From the NCBI GenBank assembly GCA_963729605.1, contig CAVSNY010000007.1, positions 448,001-512,000 of the forward strand: DNA of 64,000 bases. The letters run 5' to 3'. A program made the position numbers and the translations under genes. Below the pieces are notes generated by a model. It was not told the origin of the DNA and ran no database searches. It was given only the letters and a program-made list of their open reading frames with translations. Shown in pieces: positions 42,590 through 53,519 of this stretch. The DNA is from an uncultured Gammaproteobacteria bacterium (GTDB lineage Bacteria; Pseudomonadota; Gammaproteobacteria; DRLM01). Position 1 is the stretch's first letter, and the number at the start of each line of letters is the position of its first letter.

Positions 42590-43147
42590 CTATTCACGTA
42601 TCACTTCACCGCTGATGAGATCAACAATCCGGCTCGGCTTCGCACTCGAGTCGCACTGCCCGGCGAGAATGTCGTCGAGTTGCGCGCCGAAGTAGGTGCG
42701 CACTTTTAAGGCGTCGCGCGCCGGTGCGAGGCCGGTGGGATTGGCGCTGGTGGAGATAAGCGCGGCGCCGTAAGTTTGGCAGAGTTGCTGCGCGACAGGG
42801 CTGGTGGTGATGCGTACGGCGATGGAATGATGGCGGCCAGTAAGCCAGCGCGGCAGGCCATCGCGCGGCGGACAAATCCAGGTGGTGGGACGTTTTGTCA
42901 CAACAGTGAGTTTTTTTTGCAGGGCGAGGTCGGCGACGTCGATATACGGCAGCAGTTGTTCGAGGTCGGCGCCGATGAGGATCAGGCCTTTTTCGCGCGG
43001 CCGTCGTTTGAGTTCGAGCAGGCGTTCGACGGCGTCCTCGTCCAGCGGATTGCAGCCGAGGCCGTAGACGGTTTCGGTGGGGTAGGCGATGACGCCGCCG
43101 GCGCGCAGATGAGAAACGGCCCGGCGGATCTGCCAAGGAGTGGCCAC
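42590..43147 (-). CDS. tsaC: Threonylcarbamoyl-AMP synthase (TsaC/YrdC)
   Basis: AYPTETVYGLGC, KRRPREKGLIL, STSAN; GTG start at 43147. Confidence 0.93.
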   Translation of the reverse strand: MATPWQIRRAVSHLRAGGVIAYPTETVYGLGCNPLDEDAVERLLELKRRPREKGLILIGADLEQLLPYIDVADLALQKKLTVVTKRPTTWICPPRDGLPRWLTGRHHSIAVRITTSPVAQQLCQTYGAALISTSANPTGLAPARDALKVRTYFGAQLDDILAGQCDSSAKPSRIVDLISGEVIRE

Positions 43148-43152
43148 GCGCG

Positions 43153-44439
43153 TCAGCTCTTTTCGCGGGCGATGGCGCGATAGCCGATGTCGTGGCGGTA
43201 GAATACGCCGTTCCAGTGGATGTCTTTCGCGACTTGATAGGCGCGCGCTTGCGCTTGCGCGACGCTGTCGCCCAAGGCGCAGACGCACAACACCCGGCCG
43301 CCGGCGGTGACGACCTGGCCGTCTCGTTCGGCGGTGCCGGCGTGAAAGACTTTGCTGTCGCCGTTTTCTTCGGCGGGCAGGCCGCTGATCACCTCGCCTT
43401 TGCGATATTCGCCGGGATAACCGCCCGCCGCCAGCACCACGCCCAGCGCGGGACGCGGGTCCCACTCGGCCTCGATTTGATCGAGCCGTTTATTCAAGGC
43501 CGCTTCGCACAAGGCGGGCAGGTCCGAACGCAAACGCATCATGATCGGCTGAGTCTCGGGATCGCCGAAGCGGCAGTTGAATTCCAGGACGTTGGGCGTG
43601 CCGTATTCATCGATCATCACCCCCGCGTAGAGAAAGCCGGTGTAAGGCGTGCCGTCGTCGGCCATGCCGCGCACCGTGGGCTCGATCACTTCTTTCATGA
43701 TGCGCCGGTGAATATCGGGCGTGACCACCGGCGCCGGCGAATAGGCCCCCATGCCGCCGGTGTTGGGGCCGCGGTCGCCGTCGTCGCGGGCCTTGTGATC
43801 TTGCGAAGTCGCCATCGGCAGGATGTGTTCGCCGTCCACCATCACGATGAAGCTGGCCTCTTCGCCGCTGAGAAATTCTTCGATGACCACCCGCCGCCCC
43901 GCCGCGCCGAAGGCGTCGCCGGCCAGCATGTCGCGCACCGCGGCGATGGCTTCGTCTTCGCTTTGCGCGAGGATCACGCCTTTGCCGGCGGCGAGGCCGT
44001 CGGCCTTCACCACCAGCGGCGCGCCCATGTCACGGATGTAGGCGATGGCCGGTTCGATCTCGGTGAAGTTGCGATAATCGGCGGTGGGAATGCGATGGCG
44101 AGCGAGGAAATCCTTGGTGAAGGCTTTCGATCCTTCGAGTTGCGCCGCGGCCTGGCTGGGACCGAAGCAGCGCAGTCCCGCCGCCTGAAAGGCGTCGACC
44201 ACCCCGGCCACCAGCGGCGCCTCGGGGCCGACGATGGTGAGTGCGATGCCGTTGGCGCGGGCGAAGTTCACCAGGTCGGTAATCGCCTCGGCGGCGATGG
44301 CCAGATTTTCCACCTTGGGTTCGCGGGCGGTGCCGGCGTTGCCGGGGGCGACGTAGACTTTTTTCACGCGCGGCGACTGCGCGGTCTTCCAGGCCAGCGC
44401 GTGTTCGCGTCCGCCGCCGCCGATGATCAACACCTTCAT
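43153..44439 (-). CDS. purD: Phosphoribosylamine-glycine ligase
   Basis: [42 protein letters not shown]. Confidence 0.99.
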   Translation of the reverse strand: MKVLIIGGGGREHALAWKTAQSPRVKKVYVAPGNAGTAREPKVENLAIAAEAITDLVNFARANGIALTIVGPEAPLVAGVVDAFQAAGLRCFGPSQAAAQLEGSKAFTKDFLARHRIPTADYRNFTEIEPAIAYIRDMGAPLVVKADGLAAGKGVILAQSEDEAIAAVRDMLAGDAFGAAGRRVVIEEFLSGEEASFIVMVDGEHILPMATSQDHKARDDGDRGPNTGGMGAYSPAPVVTPDIHRRIMKEVIEPTVRGMADDGTPYTGFLYAGVMIDEYGTPNVLEFNCRFGDPETQPIMMRLRSDLPALCEAALNKRLDQIEAEWDPRPALGVVLAAGGYPGEYRKGEVISGLPAEENGDSKVFHAGTAERDGQVVTAGGRVLCVCALGDSVAQAQARAYQVAKDIHWNGVFYRHDIGYRAIAREKS

Positions 44440-44573
44440 AAAACGGCCTCGAAATGGTGGTTTGTCAGGGGTGGCAAAGGATACCGCAAAGCGCGCCGCG
44501 CTGTCTCGGCGCGGCCGCCGGGAGGGCCATGCTAGAATCCCAGGCACTGCGGTCACAACGAGTCAGGGATCAC

Positions 44574-47135
44574 ATGCGGATGACGACGAATACAGCGTGG
44601 TGGATGGGTGGAATGGTATGTGCCGCGTTATTGGGGGCACTGGTTTATTCGACGAAGATGCCTGTTTCATCGTCGCCCACCTCCGCGCCGCCGCCGTCCG
44701 CCGCCATTACCCGCTTGCCGCTGTCCTTCGAGCCGCGCGCCGATCAAACCGCGACGGGCGCGGAATTCCTGGCCCGCGCGTCCCGCTATAACGTGCTGTT
44801 GACCCCCGCCGAGGCGGTGGTCGGTTTCAAGGAGGGCGGCGCGCCGTTGCGGCTGCGCTGGCTGGGCGGGGATCCCGCCGCGGCCGGTGCGGCGAACACG
44901 CCGTTGCCCGGCGCGCGCCATTATTTTCTCGGCGCCGATCCCGGCCGGTGGCGGCGCGACGTCGGCGCCTATGGCAGCGTGGAATATCGCGCGGTATACC
45001 CCGGCATCGACCTGGTGTATTACGGCCGTGACGGCCGTTTGGAATTTGACTGGCGGGTCGCGCCGCACGCCGATCCGCAAGTGATACGCATGAAAGTGGA
45101 GGGCGCGCGGCGGGTGTCCTTGACCGAAGACGGCGCGCTGCGGCTGGAAACCGGTGGTGGCAGTCTGCTGCTCGATAAACCGGTGATCTATCAAGACGGC
45201 TTGACCGGCCGGCGCGAAATAAGCGGCGGCTACCGCGTCGAGTCTGATAATGAAGTGGCTTTCTGGCTGGGCGACTATGACAAAACCCGGCCGCTGATCA
45301 TCGATCCGGTGCTGGTGTACGGCACTTACCTGGGCGGCGGCGGCGCCGATCAGAGTAGCGGCGTGGCGGTGGACGCGGGCGGCAATGTCTATCTCACCGG
45401 TCAGACCACCTCCGCGAATTTTCCGGTGAGCGGCGGGCCGCAAGGCGCGAACGGCGGCGGCACCGACGCCTTCGTCGCCAAGTTCAACCCGGCGGGCGAC
45501 CTGGTGTACGTCACTTATCTCGGCGGCGCCGGCACCGACCGCGCCTTCGCGGTGGCGGCGGACGCCGGCGGCGCGGCCTATGTCGTGGGCGATACCGACT
45601 CCAATAATTTCCCCATGCAGAATCCCCTACAAGCCACCAACGCCGGCGGCAGCGACGCCTTCGCCGTCAAGCTCAGCGCCGACGGCGCGTCGCTGCTGTA
45701 TTCGACGTATCTCGGCGGCGCGGCGCTGGATTCGGCGCGGGCGGTGACCTTGAGCGCGGGCGGCGAGGCCTATGTGGCGGGCGGCACTACCTCGGACAAT
45801 TTTCCGGTGACCGCGGGGGTGGTGCAGCAGGCCATCGCCGGACAGGCGAGCGACGGCGTGTACAAGGCCGACGGCTTCGTCACCGCCTTGAGCGCCGACG
45901 GCGCCGGCATGTTGTTCTCCACCTATTGGGGCGGCACCGATCTGGATTCCATCTCGGCCATCGCCCTCGCCAGCGGCGGTGAAGTGGTGATCGCGGGCGG
46001 TACGGCGTCGTCGGTTTTATTCCCGATCTCGTCCAACAATCTGCAAGAAAGCTTCGGCGGCTTTCCGGAAGACGGTTTCATCAGCCGGCTCAGCGCCAAT
46101 GGCGACGCCATGCGCTATTCCAGCTATTTCGGTGGCAACAGCTGGGACCGCGTCTACGCCCTCGCGCTGGACGGCGACGACAATATGTATATCGCGGGCG
46201 TGACGGTGTCGAGCAATCTGCGGGTGACGGCCGGCGCGTTTCAAACCGCGTACGGCGGCGGCCGCGGCGACGCCTTCGCCGCCAAGATCGATGCCGCCGG
46301 TACCGGCCTGATCTATTCCACGTATCTCGGTGGCGGCGATCTCGATCAGGCCTACGGCATCGCCCGCGCCGCGAACGGCGGTTTGATCCTGGCGGGCGAG
46401 ACTCTGTCGGCGGATTTTCCTTTGAGCCAGCCCTTGCAGTTTTCCCGCTTCGGCGCCCAAGACGCCTTCGTCAGCCGACTCAACGCCACCGCCTCGCTGT
46501 TGGATTGGTCCACCTATCTGGGCGGCAGCGGCGACGATACGGCCACGGGTGTGGTCATGGATAACACGGGCAAGCTGTATGTGGCCGGCTCGACCGGCTC
46601 GACGGATTTTCCGGCCGTGGACGCGGCGCAGGCCGGCGCGGCCGGCGGCGGCGACGGTTTTCTCGCCGCCTTGGAAGATATCGCGCAGTCGGCGGACGTC
46701 ATGGTGAATATCGCCGATCGCCTCGACCCCGTGCCGTCCGGCAGCACGGTGATTTACGACATCACGGTGAGTAACAGCGGTCCCGATACCGCCGGCGGCT
46801 TGACCTTGCGTAGCGAGATCCCAGCGGCCTTCGACTTCGTGGCGGCGATCCCGGTGCAGGGGGCGTGCAGGTTCGAGAGCGGCGCGGTGATTTGCGAGAT
46901 AGGCGAGATCGCCGCCGGGAACAGCACGCAGGTGGCGTTGGAACTGCGCGCCAACACCGGCGGCACGCAGAACGTCACGGCCGGCATCGTGCGCACCCGC
47001 CAACCGGACCCCAACCCCAACAACAACAGCGCCACCGAGGAAACCATCCTGACCGTCGGTAACGGTGGCGGCGCGAGCCCGGCGCTGGCGGTGTTGCTCG
47101 CGGCCGCGGCGGCCTGGCGCCGCCGGCGGGCGTGA
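44574..47135 (+). CDS. SBBP beta-propeller surface protein with DUF11-like domain and GlyGly-CTERM-like anchor
   Basis: LPLSFE, YPGIDL.YY, IIDPVL.Y.TYLGG repeats, NSGPD..., DPNPNNN; ends GNGGGASPALAVLLAAAAAWRRRRA. Confidence 0.85.
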   Translation: MRMTTNTAWWMGGMVCAALLGALVYSTKMPVSSSPTSAPPPSAAITRLPLSFEPRADQTATGAEFLARASRYNVLLTPAEAVVGFKEGGAPLRLRWLGGDPAAAGAANTPLPGARHYFLGADPGRWRRDVGAYGSVEYRAVYPGIDLVYYGRDGRLEFDWRVAPHADPQVIRMKVEGARRVSLTEDGALRLETGGGSLLLDKPVIYQDGLTGRREISGGYRVESDNEVAFWLGDYDKTRPLIIDPVLVYGTYLGGGGADQSSGVAVDAGGNVYLTGQTTSANFPVSGGPQGANGGGTDAFVAKFNPAGDLVYVTYLGGAGTDRAFAVAADAGGAAYVVGDTDSNNFPMQNPLQATNAGGSDAFAVKLSADGASLLYSTYLGGAALDSARAVTLSAGGEAYVAGGTTSDNFPVTAGVVQQAIAGQASDGVYKADGFVTALSADGAGMLFSTYWGGTDLDSISAIALASGGEVVIAGGTASSVLFPISSNNLQESFGGFPEDGFISRLSANGDAMRYSSYFGGNSWDRVYALALDGDDNMYIAGVTVSSNLRVTAGAFQTAYGGGRGDAFAAKIDAAGTGLIYSTYLGGGDLDQAYGIARAANGGLILAGETLSADFPLSQPLQFSRFGAQDAFVSRLNATASLLDWSTYLGGSGDDTATGVVMDNTGKLYVAGSTGSTDFPAVDAAQAGAAGGGDGFLAALEDIAQSADVMVNIADRLDPVPSGSTVIYDITVSNSGPDTAGGLTLRSEIPAAFDFVAAIPVQGACRFESGAVICEIGEIAAGNSTQVALELRANTGGTQNVTAGIVRTRQPDPNPNNNSATEETILTVGNGGGASPALAVLLAAAAAWRRRRA

Positions 47136-47351
47136 TTGTTATAGGGAGCCGCTGATTTCACAGCGTTCCTTGGAAACGCCTAAGACGGCGGTTGCACCCG
47201 CTTCAACACGACTGCCCCGCTGACCTTGGCGGCACCGATAATTCCGACGGCGGTAAGGCGCACGGCCTCCGGCAACGCCGCGTGCAAGACGCGCAGGCCC
47301 CCGCTGTTCCGCTGTGGTTTCGTGCCCGCTTTTTATCGCTGTTAATCTTAC

Positions 47352-47494
47352 GGAAGCTCTGAATAATTCCATCCCGGAATTTTCAGGGCACGGCGAAAAT
47401 GTGATTTCGCCGTCCTTCATTCTCAATGGTTAACACCATTGAGAATGAAGGCACATCCGTGTGCCGCGGGGACCTCTGAACAATCAGAGGTTCC
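47352..47494 (+). repeat. Five-hairpin MITE-like element, copy 1
   Basis: Ends GGAAGCTCTGA / TCAGAGGTTCC; includes a perfect 17-bp stem at 47414-47451; homologous to 55705-55852. Confidence 0.75.
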
Positions 47495-47802
47495 TTGTTG
47501 AGGATTATGTGGCGGACGTCACAATTCACCAATATCCGGTCACCCTCCAGGAACTTTGCCTCAACTTACCTTCCCACCCCGTCGATACCCGGCTAGTCAT
47601 CAGCCGCGTTCAAACCCCGCGCGGGGTACGGCTTCCACACATAAAAATGGATCGACGTGCCCATCACCGATCGCCATCGATTCATTTGTCGTGTGTATCA
47701 CATGAGGAGACCAGAAACGTATGAAGCGAGAGCTTGTAATCTTGATCACCGCCGCCATGGGTTTGACCGCGTGCGGAGGCGGGGGCGGCAGCTCGGTAAC
47801 TA

Positions 47803-48635
47803 GAACCTATCTCAAAATCACAAGCTGAGCAGAATCGCATATAATTTGCCGCATGCTACGGCTGAGCGACCAACACTGGGAACGCATCCGGGAACACTTT
47901 CCGGAGGAAAACATTGCGGCGGGGCGCGCAGGTCGCAAGCCGATTTCTTCCCGTCAAGTCCTCGATGCCGTTCTCTGGATTCTCAATACCGGCGCGCAGT
48001 GGCATATGCTGCCGCAATGCTATCCGAACTACAAAACGGTGCATCGCCGTTTTCAGAATTGGTGCCGCAACGAAGTGCTGCGTGATGTCATGACCTCTCT
48101 CGCCAACACGCTGCGCGATGAAGGCGCGCTGGATGAATCGGAATGCTTTATCGATGCCACGTTTGCCTCGGCCAAGGGCGGCGGCGCGGAGATCGGCCCG
48201 ACAAAACGCGGAAAAGGCGTTAAAATCATGGCAATTGTGGATCGTCACGGCTTGCCGCTGGCGGTCAGTACGCATGCGGCGAACCACCATGAAGTCACGC
48301 TGGTGCAGCTGAGTTTCGAGTTCTACATGATCGAAGCGAAGCCGGAAAATCTGATTGGCGATCGTGCCTACGACAGCGACAAACTGGACGAGGAATTGCG
48401 GCAAGAGGGCATCGAGATGATCTCGCCGCACCGGCAGAATCGCGTAAAATCCAAGACACAAGACGGGCATCGCCTGCGCCGATACGAACGACGCTGGCTG
48501 GTGGAACGCTTCTTTGCCTGGCTTCAATGGCAACGTCGTCTCCTGGTCCGTTGGGAATACTACGCCGAGAATTTTCTCGGGTTTGTGCAGCTGGCAACCA
48601 TCGGTATCCTGCTCAGGCAATTTTGAGATAGGTTC
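47803..48635 (+). mobile_element. IS5-family insertion sequence (IS427-like), 833 bp
   Basis: Perfect 16-bp TIRs GAACCTATCTCAAAAT / ATTTTGAGATAGGTTC; TA duplicated at 47801-02 and 48636-37. Confidence 0.92.
47853..48626 (+). CDS. IS5 family transposase
   Basis: LSDQHW, TGAQW..LP, IDAT, GDRAYD, RWLVERFFAWL...RRL. Confidence 0.95.
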   Translation: MLRLSDQHWERIREHFPEENIAAGRAGRKPISSRQVLDAVLWILNTGAQWHMLPQCYPNYKTVHRRFQNWCRNEVLRDVMTSLANTLRDEGALDESECFIDATFASAKGGGAEIGPTKRGKGVKIMAIVDRHGLPLAVSTHAANHHEVTLVQLSFEFYMIEAKPENLIGDRAYDSDKLDEELRQEGIEMISPHRQNRVKSKTQDGHRLRRYERRWLVERFFAWLQWQRRLLVRWEYYAENFLGFVQLATIGILLRQF

Positions 48636-49067
48636 TAATAACACCAACAGCGATGGTGAAGTACTGTCTTCCCTGGTCACCGGTTATGCGCTGCCGACCG
48701 AAATTTCCGCGGTGCCGGCGGACAATAGCGGCAATGCCGCCCGGCTGGCGCGGGGTTTGACTTCGCGGTTGCACGCCTTGGCCAGCGCCGTGAGCGATCT
48801 GCCCGCCGCCTCGGATTACAGTAAGGCATCCACTCGCAAATTCGTCGAGGAACGTTCGCTCGAACAATTCGATATCATCGAACAAGTCATGAGCGCCTTG
48901 GCGCAAACCAATTACGCCGATCAGGCGAATATCAACGCCGGCCCCTACAAGGCGATGATCGCCTGGGAAGACGAGCAGAACGGCGGTGGTGAAATATTCG
49001 GAAGGCAAAGCGGTGGAATAATCGGCGCATTCGACTAGGAGTGACACGGACGTGTCTCTCCCCTTGG

Positions 49068-49101
49068 CCGGAGGTGCAGCAATGCACCTCCGGTTTTTTT
49101 T
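49068..49101 (+). terminator. Rho-independent terminator
   Basis: CCGGAGGTGCA-GCAA-TGCACCTCCGG-T8. Confidence 0.85.
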
Positions 49102-49227
49102 ATGCGTGATCTTGTGATGGTTTGCCGAGAAGGCCGGGCGGCGGTCCTGGTATCCGCTATGATAATAAAACGATGCGGTGGTCCGCCGCGTCCGGCGTTT
49201 TGATTTCACCAACCCCATGGGCTCAAT

Positions 49228-49995
49228 ATGAACATCGATTGGAATAATGTCCTCGCCGCCGTATGGCGGCCGCGCAAGGAATGCCTGAGAGCCGTGCGGC
49301 ACATCGACCCGGTGCGGCTCGAGGAATTGCTCGGCGTCGAACGCCAGAAGGCGCAGCTGCAACGGAATACCGAGCGCCTGCTCGACGGGTTGCCCGCCAA
49401 TAACGCGCTGCTGTGGGGCAGCCGGGGCACCGGCAAATCATCCTTGATTAAGGCGCTGCTCAACGCCTACCACCCGCGTGGTTTGCGTTTGATCCAGGTG
49501 GAGAAAAATGATTTGATCAATCTGCCGGAGATCGTCGACGACATTCGCGATCTGCCGCAGCGTTTCATCGTGTTCTGCGACGACCTTTCCTTCGAAGCCG
49601 GCGAACCGGCCTACAAAGCCTTGAAGAGCGTCTTGGAAGGATCGATCGAGTTGCCGCCGGAGAATGTGCGCATCTACGCCACCTCCAACCGCCGCCACCT
49701 GCTGCCGGAATATCAGCAGGAAAACCAGACGGCCAAGTTGGTCGGCACCGAAATCCATCTCAGCGAGGCCGTCGAAGAGAAAATTTCCCTCGCCGATCGC
49801 TTCGGTTTGCACCTTTCATTTTATCCGGTGAATCAGGACGAGTATCTCGCCATGGTCGATAGCTATTTTCCCGCGTATGCCGGCGATCGCACGGCGCTGC
49901 ATCGAGCCGCCGTTCAGTTCGCCCTGCTGCGCGGCGGCCGCAGCGGCCGGGCGGCCAAGCAGTTTTATAACGAATACGCCGGCCCTGAGGATTGA
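49228..49995 (+). CDS. AAA+ ATPase, DUF815 family
   Basis: NNALLWGSRGTGKSS, FCDDLSF, YATSNRRHL, GGRSGR. Confidence 0.9.
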   Translation: MNIDWNNVLAAVWRPRKECLRAVRHIDPVRLEELLGVERQKAQLQRNTERLLDGLPANNALLWGSRGTGKSSLIKALLNAYHPRGLRLIQVEKNDLINLPEIVDDIRDLPQRFIVFCDDLSFEAGEPAYKALKSVLEGSIELPPENVRIYATSNRRHLLPEYQQENQTAKLVGTEIHLSEAVEEKISLADRFGLHLSFYPVNQDEYLAMVDSYFPAYAGDRTALHRAAVQFALLRGGRSGRAAKQFYNEYAGPED

Positions 49996-50076
49996 TGGCG
50001 GCCGGTCGCCATCACGTGGTCCCCCGCCCTGGTTCAACTCCACCAAATGGAAACCCATCCCAGTGCGATGACCGAT

Positions 50077-52032
50077 TCAGCGGTCGCCGATCGGAGCCGG
50101 TGCAGCCGGCGCGTTGTCGCGCAGTGCGGCGATCAATTTCACCACCTCGGCGGGATGTATGGGCTTGGTGAAATGCTGATCGAAACCCGCCTCCGCGGCG
50201 CGGCGTTTGTCTTCCTCCTGTCCCCAGCCGGTGAGGGCGATCAGAAAGACGTCCTTACCCCAGGACTGGGCGCGGATGTGGCGGGCGACTTCGTAACCGT
50301 TCAAGAACGGCATGCCGATGTCGAGCAAGATGACGTCGGGCCGGAATTCGGCGGCCTGCTCCACCGCCTGAATGCCGTTATAAGCGGTGAATACCTGGTT
50401 GCCCATCAGGCGCAGCATCAGCCCCATGCTTTCGACGGCGTCGCCGTTGTCGTCGGCAATCAGGATACGGCAGGCCGCGGTATTTTTCCGCCAGCGGCCG
50501 TCGTCATCCGATAATTCCGCGCCGCCGGCGCGGGACGCCACCGGCATACGCACGGTGAATTCGGCGCCTTTGCCGACCCCCGCGCTGAGCGCCTCGACCT
50601 GGCCGCCGTGCATGGCGAGTAATTGTTTGACCAGCATCAGGCCGATGCCGAGGCCGCCCTGCGATTTGCCCAGCGCGGGATTGAGTTGAGTGAACATTTC
50701 AAACACCGCGGAGAGCGCTTCGGGTGGAATGCCTATGCCGGTATCGCGCACGCTGACCACAAGTTCATCGCCGCGCCGTTCGGCGGTGAGCCAGATCCGG
50801 CCGCCGCGGTCGGTATATTTGGCGGAATTGTTCAATAGATTCGCGAATACCTGCGCCAGTCGTATCGGGTCGGCATCCAGATAAATCGGTTCCGGCGCCA
50901 TATCGATAATGAGTTGGTGACCGGCGGCCTCGATGATCGGCCGCGCGGTATCCACCGCGTTATTGAGCACCGTGGCGAGCTCGACCCGCTCCTTGCGCAG
51001 ATCGAGTTTACCGGTGCTGATACGGCTGACGTCGAGCAGATCGTCGATGAGCCGCACCATCTGGCCGAGCTGGCGGTCCATCATGAGACGCGCCTGTTCG
51101 ACCACTTGAGGTTCGTTGTCGGCGAGCCGCATCACGTGCAAGGCATTGCGGATCGGCGCGAGCGGATTGCGGAGTTCATGGGCAAGGGTCGCCAGAAATT
51201 TATCCTTGCGGTGATCGGCTTCGCGTAACGCCTCCTCGCTCGCCTTGCGTTCGGTGATGTCGTAATTGACGCCGAGCATGCGCAGCGGCCGGCCGCCGCC
51301 GTCGCGGATGATTTCGCCCTTGCCCGCCACCCAGCGCACTTCACCGCCGTTGGGGTTGAGACGAAATTCGCAATCGAAACCGCTCTCGCCGCGAGCGGCG
51401 GCCTGTAACGCGCTCCAGGTGCGTTCGCGGTCGGCGGGATGGATGGCGGAGAGGCTTTCCCTAGCGCGCAGTTTCGGTCCCGGCCCCGGCATGGCGCGGG
51501 CATAATGCAAGGCGCGGATCTCATCGCTCTCGATGTCCCATTCCCAGAGGGCCAATTTGCCGAACTCGATCGCCAGCCGCAGCCGTTCCTGGCTTTGCTG
51601 TAACGCTTCGACCCGATCGCGAAGTTCATATTGCCGGCGGCGGGCGCGGATGGCGGTGCGCAAGGCGCTCACCAAGGTCATGACCCGAATCGGCCGTTCC
51701 AGTACCGTGACGTTGCCCAGCAGATCCATCGCCCACGCCGCCGCCGACGAGTCGGCGCCGGTGCTCGCCAATAATAATATAGGTACGTCGGACCACGCGG
51801 GTTGGGACCGCAACACCTCGACCAGTTCGGCCGCGCCGCGCGAGCGGTGCACTTCCTCCGTCAGCAGGGCCGCGCCCGCGCCGGCACGCAATTCGCGGCT
51901 GAGTTCACCGGGATTCGCGCAGATGTGGCAGATCAATCCGGCTTCGCTCAGGATGGCATGGCTCAAGCTGGCGTCGACTAAGGTCGGCGCCAGTACCAGC
52001 ACCCGTTCTTTGCTGGGCTTCGACTCTTTCAT
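50077..52032 (-). CDS. Hybrid sensor histidine kinase (pseudo-receiver, PAS, HisKA, HATPase, REC)
   Basis: LAHELRNPL, NLLNNSAKY, DTGIG, GGLGIGL, LLDIGMP; ATG overlaps the stop of the KaiC-like gene. Confidence 0.93.
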   Translation of the reverse strand: MKESKPSKERVLVLAPTLVDASLSHAILSEAGLICHICANPGELSRELRAGAGAALLTEEVHRSRGAAELVEVLRSQPAWSDVPILLLASTGADSSAAAWAMDLLGNVTVLERPIRVMTLVSALRTAIRARRRQYELRDRVEALQQSQERLRLAIEFGKLALWEWDIESDEIRALHYARAMPGPGPKLRARESLSAIHPADRERTWSALQAAARGESGFDCEFRLNPNGGEVRWVAGKGEIIRDGGGRPLRMLGVNYDITERKASEEALREADHRKDKFLATLAHELRNPLAPIRNALHVMRLADNEPQVVEQARLMMDRQLGQMVRLIDDLLDVSRISTGKLDLRKERVELATVLNNAVDTARPIIEAAGHQLIIDMAPEPIYLDADPIRLAQVFANLLNNSAKYTDRGGRIWLTAERRGDELVVSVRDTGIGIPPEALSAVFEMFTQLNPALGKSQGGLGIGLMLVKQLLAMHGGQVEALSAGVGKGAEFTVRMPVASRAGGAELSDDDGRWRKNTAACRILIADDNGDAVESMGLMLRLMGNQVFTAYNGIQAVEQAAEFRPDVILLDIGMPFLNGYEVARHIRAQSWGKDVFLIALTGWGQEEDKRRAAEAGFDQHFTKPIHPAEVVKLIAALRDNAPAAPAPIGDR

Positions 52033-53519
52033 TCTTGTTCCGCGCAATGGCGCGGCTGGTGGCCGAGATAGGTAGGCAAGCCGCTCAACACGCCTTGAAA
52101 CTCACGCAGCGGTTCCCCGACCATGAAGCCGTCGTCGAGACTGAGTTCACGGATGGCGCGCTCGTGACGCCCCGTGCGTTTTTTGATGACCGAGATCGCC
52201 CGGCGGATTTCGCCGTAGGCCTCGAAATAGCGCAACAGCAACACGGTATCGGCAAGGTAACTGGCGTCCACCGGCGCCCGCATATCGCCGATGATGCCGT
52301 TCTGTGCCATCAGCAATAAAGTAGTGACGCCTTGCTGGCCGAGGTAGGTCAGCAATTCGTGCATGTGCAGGGTAAGATAACGGTCGCTGGGCATGGCGTT
52401 GAGATACCCGTTGAGGCTGTCGATCACCACGATGGTCGCCTTGTCATGTTCCACCGCGCGCCGCACGGTATGGGCGAATTCGCCCGGCGCCAATTCGGCG
52501 GGATCGACCTGCTGAATGGTAATGCGGCCGGTCTTCACCAGCGATTCGATGTCCATGCCGAGACCGGCTGAACGTTCCAGAAAAGTTGCGATGGCTTCAT
52601 CGAATAAATAAATAGCGGCGTGTTCACCGCGCAGCGCCGCTTCACGCGCGTATTGGGTCGCCAGCGACGACTTGCCCGTGCCGGCCGCGCCCATGATGAG
52701 TGTGCTGGTGCCGCGCGCGAGGCCGCCGCCCACCAGCATATCGAGTTCGGCGACGCCACTCTTGATATCCTGCCGTGTATAGGTGATGCGGTGTTCGGCG
52801 GCCACCAGGCGCGGGAACAGCTCGATGCCGCCGCGGCGGATGACGAAATCGTGATAACCTTCGCGGAAGGCGAGGCCGCGCAGTTTGCGTACGCGCAGAC
52901 GCCGACGCAGGGTGCCGTATTCCACCGCGGGGCGGTCCAGGCTGATGACGCCGTGAGCGAGGCTGTGCAAATGCATGTCGCGCTCCGCGCTGGTCTTGTC
53001 GTCGATCAGAAATACGGTGGATTGCCTGCGGGAGAAATACTGCTTGAAGGCGAGGATCTGGCGGCGATAACGCAGCGGATTTTCCGCGAGCAGGCGCAGC
53101 TCGGACAGGGAATCGAAGACCAGCCTGGCCGGCTTGATGCGTTCGGCTTCGGTCAATACGGTCTTGATGGTCTCGCCGAGTTCCACTTCCGATGGGTGAT
53201 ACATGGTGTAGCGCGTGTCGGGAGCCAGACTGTGTTCGGAGGCCATGATTTCGAGGATATGGATACCGTCCAGATTCCAACCATGCGACTCGGCCGAGGT
53301 CTGTAATTCGATTTTGCTTTCCGACAGCGTCACGAACAAACACGCCTCGCCGCGCCGCACGCCTTCTCTCAGGAATTGCAAGGCCAAGGTGGTTTTACCG
53401 GAGCCGGGCTCACCTTCGACCAGATAAAGCCGATTAGGGATAAGGCCGCCGTCGAGCACCTTGTCCAGGCCGCTGATGCCGGTTTGAATGGTGGGGTTGC
53501 TGACGTGATCGGTCGTCAT
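52029..53519 (-). CDS. KaiC-like double RecA-domain ATPase
   Basis: Two Walker A motifs GEPGSGKT and GAAGTGKS; VRKLRG and IKKRTG fingers; ASYLAD. Confidence 0.9.
   Translation of the reverse strand: MTTDHVSNPTIQTGISGLDKVLDGGLIPNRLYLVEGEPGSGKTTLALQFLREGVRRGEACLFVTLSESKIELQTSAESHGWNLDGIHILEIMASEHSLAPDTRYTMYHPSEVELGETIKTVLTEAERIKPARLVFDSLSELRLLAENPLRYRRQILAFKQYFSRRQSTVFLIDDKTSAERDMHLHSLAHGVISLDRPAVEYGTLRRRLRVRKLRGLAFREGYHDFVIRRGGIELFPRLVAAEHRITYTRQDIKSGVAELDMLVGGGLARGTSTLIMGAAGTGKSSLATQYAREAALRGEHAAIYLFDEAIATFLERSAGLGMDIESLVKTGRITIQQVDPAELAPGEFAHTVRRAVEHDKATIVVIDSLNGYLNAMPSDRYLTLHMHELLTYLGQQGVTTLLLMAQNGIIGDMRAPVDASYLADTVLLLRYFEAYGEIRRAISVIKKRTGRHERAIRELSLDDGFMVGEPLREFQGVLSGLPTYLGHQPRHCAEQE

Larger units (their letters stand above)
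47721..49038 (+). pseudogene. Lipoprotein gene interrupted by an IS5-family element
   Basis: GAGGAG RBS, MKRELVILITAAMGLTAC lipobox; removing the IS plus one TA restores the frame ...SSVTNNTNSDGEV...ALPTEISAVPAD. Confidence 0.85.
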
